A DNA stretch of 63,068 nt, filler included, from Sphacelaria rigidula (Eukaryota), in the NCBI GenBank assembly GCA_964200075.2. It is 9 parts of 9 records of this genome, joined end to end, with 100 filler letters (N's around TTAATTAATTAA, not from the genome) between each part and the next. Parts side by side here need not be neighbours in the genome. Positions count along the whole stretch, not along the records: positions 35,096 to 42,014 come from CAXNAA020017405.1; positions 42,115 to 49,032 come from CAXNAA020017406.1; positions 49,133 to 56,050 come from CAXNAA020017407.1; 6 more parts are not named here. One strand, 5' to 3'. The position numbers and the translations under genes are program-made. This document shows positions 38,301-51,289 of this stretch, piece by piece (position 1 is the stretch's first letter; every line of letters begins with the position of its first letter). The notes under the pieces were generated by a model that saw nothing but the letters and a program-made list of their open reading frames with translations, did not search any database and was not told where the DNA came from.

Positions 38301-40340
38301 AACATGATCTTGTAGCTCGCGAACCCTCCTTGGTGCCGTCAAGGCTGCAGTCTGCCCTTCCTGCAATACCCTGTGCGCCGCCGTCTGGGTGGCTTGGGCG
38401 AGTGAAGCCTGTCGCTGAACATCCTTCAACTTGGCGGCATGTTCCTCCAAAAGGAGGCGGGCGGCAGCCTCGTCAGCATTGCGTTGCTGGTCCAGTATGT
38501 TGCGGGCTAGCGCCGGGGCTTGGTACGCATAGTCATGAATGAGCTGTTCTTGTTCCGTGCGGGGGCGATCCTTGAATAACCTCAACAGAAGCCCGGTGGA
38601 GCAATGCTCGTCGCCGAGCGGAGGAAGATCCTCCACCGAAGGAGGCGAGCGCACGAAGACGTCCCCGACAGGGCCAGTGGTGGGACCAATATCCGCATCT
38701 GTGTCAACTGCAGGCTGGGCGGCAGCAGGAGTTGGGAACGTGGCTGCAGTGGCTGCGACAGAAGGCGCAGTGACCACAGTAGTGGCGGCTGCGGCGGTAG
38801 TGGGGGCGGCGTTGGCGGTCTCCCTCGTAGGCTTAGCAGCAGCGGGAGTGCACTTCGTGTCCATGGTTGCTGTTGCGAGTTGTCGTTCAAGGTCTGTCAA
38901 ATGTTATTGTAGAGAACGAATAAGCGCAGCGTCGGAACGGGATGGTGGTTCGCGGTCAGTATGTGATCGTCGCTTGTGCGATGAGGTGCGGCCAGATCCC
39001 TCAATTGAGGATTCCAGAGCCGGTGACATGTTCGAAAATATATATTTGGATATCATCAGCATACACAGTGTTATCATTGCGTACATGACGGCTATGTGGC
39101 AACTGCTGAGAAGGAGAGATGCGTGAGGGTGCATGATCGGTGTTTTTCGAGCGCGAGTTAGCGCGCGCAGACCGTGATCTGTGCCGCAAGGCATCCTCGG
39201 GAGTATGTTCACGGTTAGCGTTCACCCGGCGCTGTGGAGTGAGTTGGAGCTGTGACGTGAACTACCGTCATAAGTGTATCCATGAGTGACGTGTTTCGGG
39301 CGTGTAGAAACGCGCGATGAAGTCAAGATTTGCTGGGAGTTGCCCTTAGAACTGCCAGAACGGGAGACGTGGTCGTGACCAAGTCTTGGTGTGCTGCGCC
39401 GGTCAGAAGCGCGAGTACGGCTCTGCTGCGACGTTGAGGAAGGGCTGGACTCATGTTCGTTGAATTTATCATGAGTGACGAACGGGGGGCGCGATGTCGC
39501 CGAACGGGACGCCAAACGTACGGGTTTGGGCGTGACAGGTGCAGAATCATCCTCGAATTGCACATGAGCAGAGGCCGATTGGTTTTGGAGCGTTGCGTGG
39601 CAAAAAGCCGTAAATGCCTCGATGAGGGCTGGCGCTGGCGATGGCGACGACGCCGAACAGGCGCGATGCGGAGTTTGCATGGCAGCATGCATGGTTGCAA
39701 CAGCCGGTCCAACCTTGGACTGTGCAGTAGGGTGCATGGGACTATCGAGAGTCGTGCGAAGGGGGTCCGTAAGGGAAGCAGCCCGTGTGACAAAGTCCCT
39801 TGCTCCAGAAGCGATGTGCTTCGTCGGGACAGAATCGTCTCGAGAGTTGGCAGCCGTCAAGCGACGGGGTACCACGGTTGAAGCAACCGGTACAGGGCCA
39901 AGCTGGACACGTGTGTCCAGAGGCAACGACTCGACTGAGGGCACAATCCTAACTCCGGATTCCACATTGGGATTCGGGAGAGCAGGGGCCAGCGAGGTGT
40001 GTGCGACGGAATCCACCGTTATGGGCTCACTGACATGTTCGTCAGGAACCAATGACTCGGCCGGTTGCACTACCATGTTCTCTGAGTCCGGGTCGGAACG
40101 TGATAGAACAGGTCTCGGCGTCAAAGTCTTGTCTTCAAGCCTTGAAGAACGAGCTTCGCTCGAATGGCGGTCTTCGGATCCCGAAGAACGAACAGCGCTC
40201 GCATACGTGCGGCGATGTATTGAAGGTGGCGTGCCGCTCATCTTGAAAGATTTCGAACCGCCAGTAGTTTGACTCCGGGTCCGGCGAAGCGGTTGGTTTC
40301 CCAATTGAGGGGAAGAGCCAGCGATATTTCTGTGCGACAT
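35400..40340 (-). pseudogene. Degenerate, very long gag/ORF1-like region of an LTR retrotransposon
   Basis: A chain of minus-strand ORFs (40340-39222, 39212-38904, 38900-38205, 37940-37458, 37461-36910, 36805-36374, 36338-35919) is joined by stops and frameshifts, e.g. RSLQ*HLTDLERQL in frame. Contains a decayed zinc knuckle CINCSVQGRSMRDS. Confidence 0.6.
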
Positions 40341-40741
40341 GAAAATGGTACGCAGCCTTTGTGCTTACAAAGGAAGGTGCAGTATGCCTGATCTGCGGAC
40401 TCTAATCAAAGGAGCGTGACACCAAGGGATGCTAAGTGCAAAAGCCGAAGCTTCTATCCGGAAATACTGGATAAGGGGCCCTGATGGCGCCGGAGGGGAC
40501 CGTGGGATCTGATTTACTTGAGTAATTTATTCAAGCGAATTGCGGTTCGTAACAACTATGTCCGGGGTCTGATTAATACAATTGTTTTCAAGTTGTGGCG
40601 GTAATAGCTAGCAAGGGGTTGTGCACAGAACAGACGTATGTCGTCGAAGACAAGCGAAGACCCGATTGTCTGTAGCAGCGTTGGTACGTGGAAGAACAAC
40701 TTACACGTGTTCCGGGTGTAGCGTCACGGGCAGGCTATAAC

Positions 40742-40987
40742 TGTATGATCCCAGAACAAGTTAAGGGACGATTGGCTGCGTGCACATGAAAAGAATTGTA
40801 AATATATGTATATATTTGTTTTTCAGATGCGCACGAAAACTGTGCAGCGGAAGGCAGCACAAAAGCTTTTACAAAGCTCGGGTTGTAGACCGCGAAATCG
40901 GACTGCGTAGTGCAGAGCGAAGGCTTGTTATCCAACGAAGTTGAGACAACGTATGTACGTGGAACAAAGGTGATGTGATGCACAACA
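40742..40987 (-). mobile_element. Candidate 5' LTR (246 bp) of the element above
   Basis: Minus strand reads TGTTGTGCATC...GATCATACA, followed immediately by GTTATAGCC, which resembles a copia-type GGTTAT PBS. No second LTR is present in this contig to confirm it. Confidence 0.45.
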
Positions 40988-42258
40988 GGGGCGACGCTTA
41001 GAGCGGGTGCCGAATAATATGTATTGCACAGGCAAGGGGCAACGATTTCGAGTGCTGTCTGTTCAAATGAGCACGTAACAGAGGTTGAAATGTTTCAACT
41101 AGTAGTATTTCAACGAAACCGTCTCGGAACAATAAATTTGTTCGCTCGAGAAGGGGTCAAAGGAGAAAAAACTCACAGTAAGTTATGCTGTGTATTGTTA
41201 CTTACCACGGTGATGTACCGCGTTGCCGTACGGTTGTGCGAAGTACACAAGAGGACAACAAGAACAAAATAGCCTCAAGCAACGAAGCTGAAGCTACAAC
41301 AACGACAAGGTGGGTACGAGCAACGAAGGTAAAGTGCCGGAACAATCCAAAGTTTGTGTACATATGTCCGTTATCACACTGTGTGAGCACGGTTTGTACT
41401 TAATCAGTAATTTCGTGAAGAAAATATACAACAGTCGCCTTCAATCGATACTGAAAAATAAGAGCAGCAGCGTGCCGGCTGGGCAGGAGCTCAGGTCAGG
41501 AACAGCGGCTGGCTATGAACAACAGTGCGCCAGTGAACCTCTAGTAGAAGACTTATTCTACAGAAGGAAAGGGGGTCACAAGACCAAATACACGAGCCAA
41601 CGATGGCTTGGTGCGGTGGTCGTGCTGGGCTGGTGAATCATGAAAAGATTCACAGTCGTGCAGGCGGAACTGATACCGTTGGGCCTTGTATAGGTGATGT
41701 CAAATTGACAGCACGGCAAGAATAGCAAGCAGTGCGCGTTGACCCCACGTTGGCCACACAAGATGTGCCGTCGAGCGCTACAGCAATTGCAAGTAGCAGA
41801 GCACGAACAAACTTTACCGAAAGACACGCGGGGCAGAAGCTTGTAGAGCTGTTACAGATTTATTGGTCATGTTCCAGTGTCATGGTCCGATACTTGCGAC
41901 CTGGGTAGGAAGATGCCAGTTCAGTGGGCACCAGGGCTAGCAGACCCAAACACAGTCTAAGTATCGAAACCATTGAGTTCGATATTATCAAGTGCGAGTC
42001 AACCACCGCACCAGNNNNNNNNNNNNNNNNNNNNNNNNNNNNNNNNNNNNNNNNNNNNTTAATTAATTAANNNNNNNNNNNNNNNNNNNNNNNNNNNNNN
42101 NNNNNNNNNNNNNNGAAGATAAACAGACTATGTCACGATCAGCAGCTGCGCGGGGTGGGGGGGGTGGGGGGGTTGCTAGGGGGTGGACGGGGGTAACTAG
42201 CGGCATGACGTTTTTTCACCGCTGAAACAATCCTGTACAATGATGAACTTCTGCTCAC

Positions 42259-42547
42259 CTCAGAAGGGTGCGTGAAATCCTTTATCTTGGCCACAAGGGC
42301 CAGGCGCTCTTGGTAGGTCGTGGGCTGCGGGACGGTGCTCCATGGCTTTTGGTTGCACGTGCCGCCATCGAAATTTGTACCGGGATATACAGGGTGGGGC
42401 TCCGGACCGTACATGTGTACAAACGTCGCCCGGTCTCGGTACTCTTTCACCTGCGGCACGAAGCGTTTGTCCTTGATTTTTCTTTGTCTTGACATTAAAA
42501 ACCGTTTGCGATATCTGCCCTGTACTGGGCAACTGATGCGCGCACAC
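42259..42547 (-). CDS. Exon encoding an iodothyronine-deiodinase-like (thioredoxin-fold) domain fragment
   Basis: Translation VKEYRDRATFVHMYGPEPHP...WSTVPQPTTYQERLALVAKIKD parallels DIO-family F-x-x-V-Y-I-x-E-A-H-P and QPxTxEER motifs. Donor GAG|GTGAGC at 42258. The acceptor is at either 42450 or 42547. Confidence 0.6.
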
Positions 42548-42734
42548 CTTCCGTGGTAACAGGCGAAAGCTACACAAAATGGGGTTCAAGAAAATGAATG
42601 AAAAAATCGGACCCAGAAAAGTTCACACAGACGCCGAACGAGAATGAAAAATAAAGAATACGAGTAAGACAAGAAGATACTGCTCCTATCCTACGAGCTG
42701 GTTCACGCCCATCACCCAAAAAACACTCATCGGC

Positions 42735-43412
42735 GAAACCTTATGCCGTTTGAAGGAGTTAGACCCTGCAAAATTGCACAGATGTACTATGGGTCGTTAC
42801 GCAACTTTCGAAGAGCGAGTTTCTTTTGGACTCTGGAACTTTTTCACCGTCTTCCGGGGGTCCCCACTTTGGGAGGGAAACATCGATCAAATCGGACCCC
42901 GTACAAGGGTGCAGAAAAAAGCCACATTCTTCCAAAGGTTACGTAATCGCCCATAGAACAGCTGTGCAAAATTCCAGGGTCTAGCTCCTTGAAACGGCGT
43001 GAGGACTTTCGCTCTTGTGCGACAGACTTTGGCGTACCGCGGTGAAAGCGCAAAGTATTTGAGTTCTGTATCAAAATGACGTTTTTGGGCCTTCTTTGAC
43101 GTGAACATGAAAATTTCAAGCATCAGCTGATTGGGTTTTGCGACGAAATTTTGTGGGGCCCTTCCTTGGGTTATGCGGCGACAAATCGTGCGCGAAACAA
43201 AAAAAGTATATATCTATATACGGAAGTGCCGGTTTCCGAGGTCCCAGACTTGAAGACTGTTGCGAAAAACGACTTGCATCCCATCGGACCCCCGGAAAAC
43301 GGTGGAAAACTCAAAAAGTGAAAAAACCTCGTACATTGAAAGTTGAGTGATGACACATAGCATATCTGTGCAAATTTTCAGGGTCTAACTCCTAATAACG
43401 GCGTGAAGGTTT
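42735..43412. repeat. Dispersed repeat with inverted ~80-bp modules (GGAGTTAGACCCTG...AATTGCACAGATG)
   Basis: About 42735-42815 is inverted relative to about 42925-43010, with a third module at about 43357-43412. Confidence 0.65.
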
Positions 43413-44030
43413 GCGCGTTTGTGACGTGGGCTTGAAACGTGGAACTCCCAACTACTTGGTTTTGGTATGAAAACGTCTTTAACGGTAAATTTCACGTCAA
43501 GGCAAGAAACTCTGTGTGAGGTTTTCGATTTTCTCCATCAAACTTTGTACATGTGTTCCTTGGACTACTTCTGGAAATTACCACTTTGTTTTTTCAATCG
43601 GGGCATTTTGTACCGCCTTTCGGGGGTCTTCATACTGGGACCCGCGGAAGCCGGTAGATGACGGAGAAACTATAAAATATTGTCAAGAATACATTCTTTC
43701 CATTCTGAGCATCAAACTGAACTGCCAAGTTTGCGGGCGATCTGAGCCTTTCTATAACAGATATAGGGGACACCGTCACAAGCGTTCCTGGATCTTTTTT
43801 GCGTATCACTAGTCGAGATAAGACGACGCCAACACCCGACATCACCGGAACATCACGGTTTCGGGTATAATTCGACCCACGTTGCAACCGTTTGAAAAAA
43901 TGTTATTTTCGTTAGATTCCAGAGCCCATGACGGTTACTACGATTTGAGGTATGTTGAGATTGGGTGAAAATTGGGCTTGGAATTCGTAATTTCGATCTC
44001 GGAACAATTTCAAGGGAGCTGATTGGTCGA

Positions 44031-44579
44031 TATATATTTTCGCCCGTAGCACCACCACTATGGCCTTACACACAAATGCGGCAATGTCACGCTCTTCAGC
44101 TGTCGATGGCGGTCAGTATGATATCATATATGCGACTATTGGATAGGTATCGCCAAAGGCATTTGCTGACGACACAATTTTGGGTGATAAGCCTGAACCA
44201 GCCTGTAGGTTCCGGTGCCGTAGGCGACCATTCGGGCTACTGGAGGCAGGGCCCATCGGTCCACTCAACACACGAGGCTGTAGAGGAAAAAGAGCCAATC
44301 ATCACGCGAGAGGAGTTCAGCCGTTCCTTCCCCTCAACGACCGTGAAGTCGACTTCTGTGTACTGTACCCACGACATAGTCGCTCTCCACTGTTGGGCAT
44401 TGTTTGATCTTCTTCATTGATTGTCGCATTTTTACCGATCACCAAGGGATCCAGCCGTGACCACATGGCGTTGCGTGAAAAAACAAATCCCAGATCATGC
44501 GACTACAACGAGATTTGAACCCGAAACCCAACCGTCAGCAGGGTTCTAGGTCACCAACCGAGTCACCGGGGCGACCGGC
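44031..44579 (-). mobile_element. tRNA-derived SINE
   Basis: Minus-strand head has an A-box-like TGACTCGGTTGGT and a B-box-like GGTTCAAATCT. The body is shared with 8933-9087. It ends in a short (AT)n tail; the 3' boundary is approximate. Confidence 0.65.
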
Positions 44580-46305
44580 GTTGGGTCCGATATTCCCAAC
44601 GCCGAAAATGTGCATCAACACAAAATTAGACCATGTTACGAGAGATGGTGGCCGAAGGGTTAACCCTTCATTTCAGGGTGAGTCATACGGGTGACGGACT
44701 CATATTTGGAAATAACGCCAGTGTAACACACGACCCCCTACTGCATCTCCGCCATAACCCGGCGAGGTTAGCTTACCCCTTGGCAGGGTGAAGAGCTTAA
44801 TTTTTTCTAATAACTCCTGACTCCAAGGCCTTTTTTTATCGACGGGGATTATCCCCCTCCTTGGGAATCCCCTTTCGAAAAGGGGATTGCTTCCGCAATC
44901 TCAATAGTTTGACTTCTATCGAGACGCAGCTTCGTAGGCAGACTGGATTTGCAGCAGGATAGAATTTACTTGGTATCTACTCCACGGCGCTCATTGTAAC
45001 CTGTCATGCTCCAAAACCTAAAATATACCGCGACAAGAGCAATAGACTTCATTGGAAGAAATGTGTCTACATCAGAGGACGGAAGCCTGGCGCTACAGAG
45101 CACTCAACACATCGAAGCCGCCGGATGTTAGGGAAGGTATATGTCACTGCAGAGGGGGCAAGCGTGTTTTGTGCGATTTGTTTGCCGGCAATGGAAGGCA
45201 CGGCAAAGCTGTGCGTCCATTGCCTGTGGTCTCCCTGTACTCACTGTTATGCCCGTGAGTGGGGCCCGATTTTGGGCATTACATACCGGGAAAATGGACC
45301 GACCAACTCCACTGTCAGTTGAATGCGGAAGAAACGAAATCTACATGAGTCAATCAGTATCAACCACACAAACACGCGTCACTTGAAGTGACGACGGCGC
45401 TCATACAAAATGTACTATTGCTTGAGCACATTCTACAACACATGTGTGACTGACGTTGCTGTACAACTGTACACAGGAGTATGACAACAGGAGGATAGAA
45501 GCTACTGCTCGTCTTGTCGCTTTGCCCTTCTCGTTGCGGTATGTTGTTGTGCTCATCTTTCAACTCCACTTTCTGGGCAACGACGCGGAGGATTGGACTG
45601 CGGTTTGATGCGCGCGCTTCCCACACACCAGAACCAGTGAATTTGAAAAGGTTTCCATACGGGTGCCGCGGAAGATGCCTTGTGCGTGCCGCGGAGGATG
45701 CAGCACTTTGGAAACCGCTGCACCAAACGCAGACTGTGCTACAAAACGCGTTTCCTGCAACGTTCTGGGGCTTTTCGACACATCCGCTGTGGCGATTTCG
45801 CAACTCCACTTTTCAAATTCACCACGTCTAGTGTGTGTGCGGGGGGCTGTGAAGTTCCAGAGGCCGGTTTGTTTCCTGTCTCGAGATAGTAGCGATGAAA
45901 ATTTCACAGCTGTCGCATACTTGACCTAGGTAAGTTGGGATGGGGCGTGTCATGTTCAGCAGAGGTTCGGCACAACACAGAACAATTTCGGCAAAGGCCT
46001 GACCAGTCTATGATGTCTTCAATACGTGTTCCATATCCGTCCGCATTCATTTTAGTTTTTGTGGGCAACAGAGTTTGGTCGGTAAGGCCTTCATTCACGG
46101 GCATAACTGTATAAGCATGCGCAGGGGCACTCACTTCGACGTCTTGAGCGGCTGGGCGGCCGATATGGTAGCAATCTGATACCCAGTGTTACGCCGAGGA
46201 AAATGTTTTTCTTTTCATAGCGAAATAGACGCCTACGCGAGAAAAGATGAATAATGGCAAATATCCCAATTCTGCCCCGAGCTTCCGCGCACCTTGTGCA
46301 TGCAG

Positions 46306-46360
46306 CTGCGGACCTGAAAGCATCGCCCAAGTGGAAGGGGTGGGCTCGAAGACCATCGAG
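46306..46360 (+). CDS. Possible micro-exon encoding a helix-hairpin-helix motif
   Basis: tgCAG|C TGC GGA CCT GAA AGC ATC GCC CAA GTG GAA GGG GTG GGC TCG AAG ACC ATC GAG|GTGTGT translates to CGPESIAQVEGVGSKTIE (HhH GhG-x-K-T pattern). Confidence 0.4.
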
Positions 46361-48577
46361 GTGTGTTTATATACTTACAAGCAGTTCCTCTCGCAAGTTG
46401 CATCGATAATGGTGCTGGCTGCTTTGAGCATTTGCAGAATCCGGGTAGCCCGGGTGAACCCTCCCCCACCCCCCTCCCTTCGAACCTCACCTCTGGTGTC
46501 ATGGCAGAGCACGGCGCTCGCATGACGCCACCGGCAGAGACTAGGAGGGTTTTTTTCACGATCTAGAGAGATCAATATATCCACCGCAAAAGGCTTTGTT
46601 GAAATCCATCCATGCCGTAACTTAAACGGCGTGATTGAAGTTTGAAAAAGTTAACACCTTTTATCCGCACCAGTGCATGGGCCATCTGGGCTGCCGTGTA
46701 CTGCACCAACAGCACATAGCAGCAAGATAGAGCACACCACAGCGCAGCGCAGCACAGTATAGTATAGTTCGACACAGTACCGTCTGATGTAGTACAGTAC
46801 AATACAGTGGAGAAAAGTTCAGGGCAGTACAAAGCATTGTGCTGCCGGCGAAGTATAAAGCACTAGATTTGTGTTGTAGGGCGTTCACCGCAAGAAGTAA
46901 GCAGTTCTACAAAATGAGGTTGAAGCCCAAAACAGTTCTTTCCCCACACTTTCAGCGATGGTGCTCAATGACCTTTTTGTCAGCCTAATGCCCCTTGATC
47001 GCGTAGGTACTCCTTCAGCGCATTTTACCGACTCTGTGCGCATATACATCACTGACCGCGACCGACATTTTTCCTGATTTTCCTAGAGGGGGTGATATCA
47101 GGGGAAACGACGGTTGCGGTCAGCGCTGTATATGTTCACATCGTCAGTAAAATGCCCTATAGAAGTACCTACGCGATCAAGGGGCATTAGGCTGACAAAA
47201 AGGTCATCGGGCACCATCGCTGAAAGTGTGGGGAAAGCACTACTTTTGGGCTTGAACCTCATATCACCGTACAACATTTTAGAGAATTGCCTGTTTCGAA
47301 GATAACGCCGTATAGAGTACAGGTGTGCATATATCCATGTGATGAGGACGTATCTACGTCACTTTCTGCAAAAATCGACGGCTCGCGTTGAACACAAGCG
47401 AATGTACAACTCGCACTCAGTGTCTGCCCCGAGCAGGAGAAGGAGTTCAAGTTAGTAATCTGACACCCGGAATCAAATAACGAACGTTTGGCGTGGATCG
47501 AGATTTCCGGCGTGGACATGGACATAGATTTCGACTTGTCAATTTTAATGGTACTTCAGTATCACGATAGGGCGCCGCGACCGCTACATGCGACAGAGAA
47601 CATATAACTCCGTCGCCACAGGAGATGAGAACATGAAAACGGTAGGGTAGATGACACGCTCGATCAAAAGCGTTGGTGTTCGACTCCCCACCCGACCACC
47701 CCCCGGTACATACACTCGCGGCAGATGTGAAGGATTCCCAGGGCTAACTCATGGGATATGTAACGTCCGGGCCCTTGATGAGACGCCGCCCGGGGCAGCC
47801 CGCGCGTCATATGCGACACCAGAACCGGTCCCGAGGTAAGAGCATCTTCAATTCATCATTGTAGTAACCCCGCGAGCTATCGCAGGTGATGATCGCAGCT
47901 CCTCACTGCTTTTCTTCAGGCGATGACCGTGGCTTTCGAACCATACGCAGGACGTCAGCATCCGTGGAATATATAATATATATATTTCTTTTTCATTAAG
48001 TTTGTCCGCATTCCGGGTACCTGGACGCAGGTGCAACAATCACGGGGCCCGACAGCGCAGCATTCCTCCGAAGTCCGACGCACCAGCGGCCAGTATTGTT
48101 CCGTTCATGCTCTCCCGTGTTTTGGGGGGGAATTTGCCTCATGTCCACACTTTCCCGTTTCCCCTCGCGGAATTCGCGCGTTTCTCCGCGGAATTTAAGC
48201 TGGGACCAGTGATTTCCCTAGCCACCGTACTCTGACGTTTCCCTACTCGGAATTACCGCAACTCGTTTCCGTGGCACTTTTTACTTTCTTCTCCTGGGAA
48301 TTCAACGCGCAGAACCTCCGACACCAGTGGCGTCCCGAGCCGTTTGACTTTCTCTCAAGAAAATCCGACACACCTCATTTTCCCGGCATCAGTGTCCTAC
48401 CCTTCACCCGTCAATGCAACGGGACCTGCATGTCTCTCCGGTACCAGTGACGCTCTCAGCCGTTTGATCCCCCTTTCGTGCCAGTGACCACCACCGGTTC
48501 TTTTTTCAACTTGAAAGAGACCTGAAAATGATTCCTGTTCAACAAGAGGCGGTCTCTTTGGGAGGGGGGGCAGGAAT

Positions 48578-49032
48578 ATTGATGCCGATTCAGCAGGTGA
48601 CCTACCCTCGCGGTCTGAGGGTTGATCCTTAGAGGGCAAGAGTGGGTCACAATTTGAATCGGCATCAATTCCACTTCAAAAAGTATGCGTGATCCAGATG
48701 TATCACCCTCCTCGCGGTCGAAGGGTTAACTCTTCCTTCTACCTCACAATCGTGTGTTGGCGGCAGGTAACAATTTTGTGGTGAGATTGAGAGTGGGGCG
48801 TTGATTGCGATCCAAGGGTAACCCTTAGAGGGCAAGAGTAGGTCATCTGTGGAATCGGTTTCAATTCCACTTGAAAAGGAATGCGTGATTCAGATGGACT
48901 ACCATCCTCGCGGTCCAAGGGTGGAGACCCTTTTGGGACCTTTTACCTCACAATCGTGTGTTAACCCTTAGACCGCGACGTTAGTCTTCTGTTGAATCGG
49001 CATCAATTCCAAGTGAAAAAAAGTATGCATGA
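48578..49032. mobile_element. Cluster of ~100-bp piggyBac-like MITE copies
   Basis: A forward half-copy ends at 48621. Inverted copies lie at 48626-48725, 48822-48921 and 48965 to the contig end. Junctions are at TTGA/TTAA/TAA, and all copies are homologous to 13669-13770. Confidence 0.75.
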
Positions 49033-51289
49033 NNNNNNNNNNNNNNNNNNNNNNNNNNNNNNNNNNNNNNNNNNNNTTAATTAATTAANNNNNNNNNNNN
49101 NNNNNNNNNNNNNNNNNNNNNNNNNNNNNNNNCCCCCCCCCCCTACACTCCCCCCAACGCATGCCTGGCCAATGGGCACACGCCCAAAGCAACCAATAAA
49201 TTAGCACCCCCCCCCCCCCTCCCAACACACACACGGTCATCTTGAAATGCACGTGGAAATCTTTACGCCGTGAAACTCCTTACTTCGCACGTTACACACC
49301 TCACATATATCACACATAGTCCAAATCGATCTACCCAAGTGCCTTCACTCTCTTGAACGAGCCTATTGCTTGAGCTTCACCCCCTCCGACAACGACTTGC
49401 AAACAAACACCACGGGAGTGGTTCTTCGCGCACGAGAAGCACACGTCCCTATTGCAAAGCACGACATATACGTCCAAAGAAGTTGCGCGCCAATTCGCAG
49501 CGCGTCGACACTCTTCTTTGCACAACTCTTGAGGGCACAACAAACGAACAACCATCAAGACAGTGGTTGCAGACGACAACATAAATCACCGCAAGTCTAC
49601 TGATAATAATCGGACATCACAATCGGTTCATACCCCCGACAAGCAATCAAGGTGTAATCTGCACCACAGGGACTGCTGTCGCTATGCCATGTACACGTAA
49701 CTTATTCTGCCAGGAAACAGGGTAAAACGGATAACTAATTAGGATGAAACAACCAACGATTCGTGGAGAGTCCACGCTTGAAGAACGAACGAATCGAGAA
49801 TACTACGCTTTCACGGGCGCTGCGTCGGTGTTCAAGTCGTGGAACGCACAAAATAAGTTAACCTAGACTATGTCTCATTGGCGATCAGACAGCTGGCGAG
49901 CGGTTAGTCGTGAGGAATAACCCCTCGTGGACGTTGTACAGGGAACCGGAACTACGGGACCCTAGGAACGTGTGTCTCACAAATACAACTAACACAAAAT
50001 AACGTATCTTGCCTTCTCTCCCGCCCAACCTCCGCCCTGCCAATTCCCGACCTCTCTCGGTCGGTATCTACAACAAACAACAGGAGAATATCACCAATTC
50101 TCGTACGTACATCACTCATCAACTGCGACCTTTCGCAAGAGGATATCCCTGCATCCAGTAGAGCATACGCATTGGTCGTCGGAATGATTGAGTACTTGGA
50201 TTTAGAGCGAAAACCGATACTCCGATCTTTACAGGGGCTAACAGCTTCAAGTGCTCCTAGCTTACCCAGAACGTGTTCTTGTCCAAATCGGCGCCTGCAG
50301 CGCCGATTTAAGGTCTGTCAACGCACACTTTGCTTACTTAGAGCAGCCTTCGCACCCTTGCCCGAAAGTTATCCTATCCCTTGGTCGGGGCTAGGGTCAG
50401 GGGCCAAGGGGTGCGTTATTAGTAGTGCGAAACCACAAAATTCGGATAATGCTCTGTCATCCATTCTTACGACTAAAGCGTGAGGTCCTCACCCTGCATC
50501 ACCGTTAGACACTCACATACCAGACTGCGTTGTGGTGTAGAGAAAACAATTTCAGTGGTTTCAATGCTCTGTGGGGCGCTACGTGCGAACGCGCGGCGAA
50601 AAGACAAGAAGAAATAGACACGATGGTCGACGCACAACTGTAACAGACAAATCTGTGTACTCGCACCTGGGAATGGCCCCGTTAAATGCGGCACAAGACG
50701 ATCTTCCATCAGACTTTTGGCTGCGTTTGATCCAAGCAAACACTCATTACGTATCGCCACGAAACAAATATCTAAATACTTGTAGCAAACATAAAATTGA
50801 GCCTTTTCCGCCTAGATACAGACCTTTTCACAAGACATACGTATCGGCACACAACATCATGTGAGTGGGATAGCGTTTGACGCAACAGGTGACACAAAAT
50901 GCAGGTCATAACTTCTTCCCCAAGCTACAAGCACTCTCTCCTCCTCAAGCCAAATGTCGTTCATCTCCATGCAGCCATCATGAGGCACGGAAAATCCATA
51001 AAGAAGGTAAAAAACGCACCAACGGCCCGAAGCACATTCGAACCGCAGAAATCTGCAGAAAGAATGCTTTCTGAATGAACGAAACGTCGAAAATATCAAT
51101 GAGAACTTCACGCACACCGTTAACACTTGTGTAAGATGTAGCCATATTTCAAACTCTGCGACGCTAGAACGGACAACATCCTCTCATCTGCGCCATCACC
51201 CCACCCGCTGTGAACTCAACATGGGTCCCACATGGCCCGACCCCCCGCCAACGGAGGGTATACATCCTGCCTAACGTCTCCTTGACTGC

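Noticed and set aside
38539-40272. Long + strand ORFs (also 35420-36031)
   Set aside because: These are antisense shadows of the GC-rich minus-strand retroelement ORF.
44490-44579. tRNA gene
   Set aside because: A/B boxes are present but there is no convincing cloverleaf, and the sequence continues into a repeated body, so it is a SINE head.
47640-47700. tRNA or SINE head (GTTCGACTCCC B-box)
   Set aside because: No clear A-box, cloverleaf or second copy in the window.
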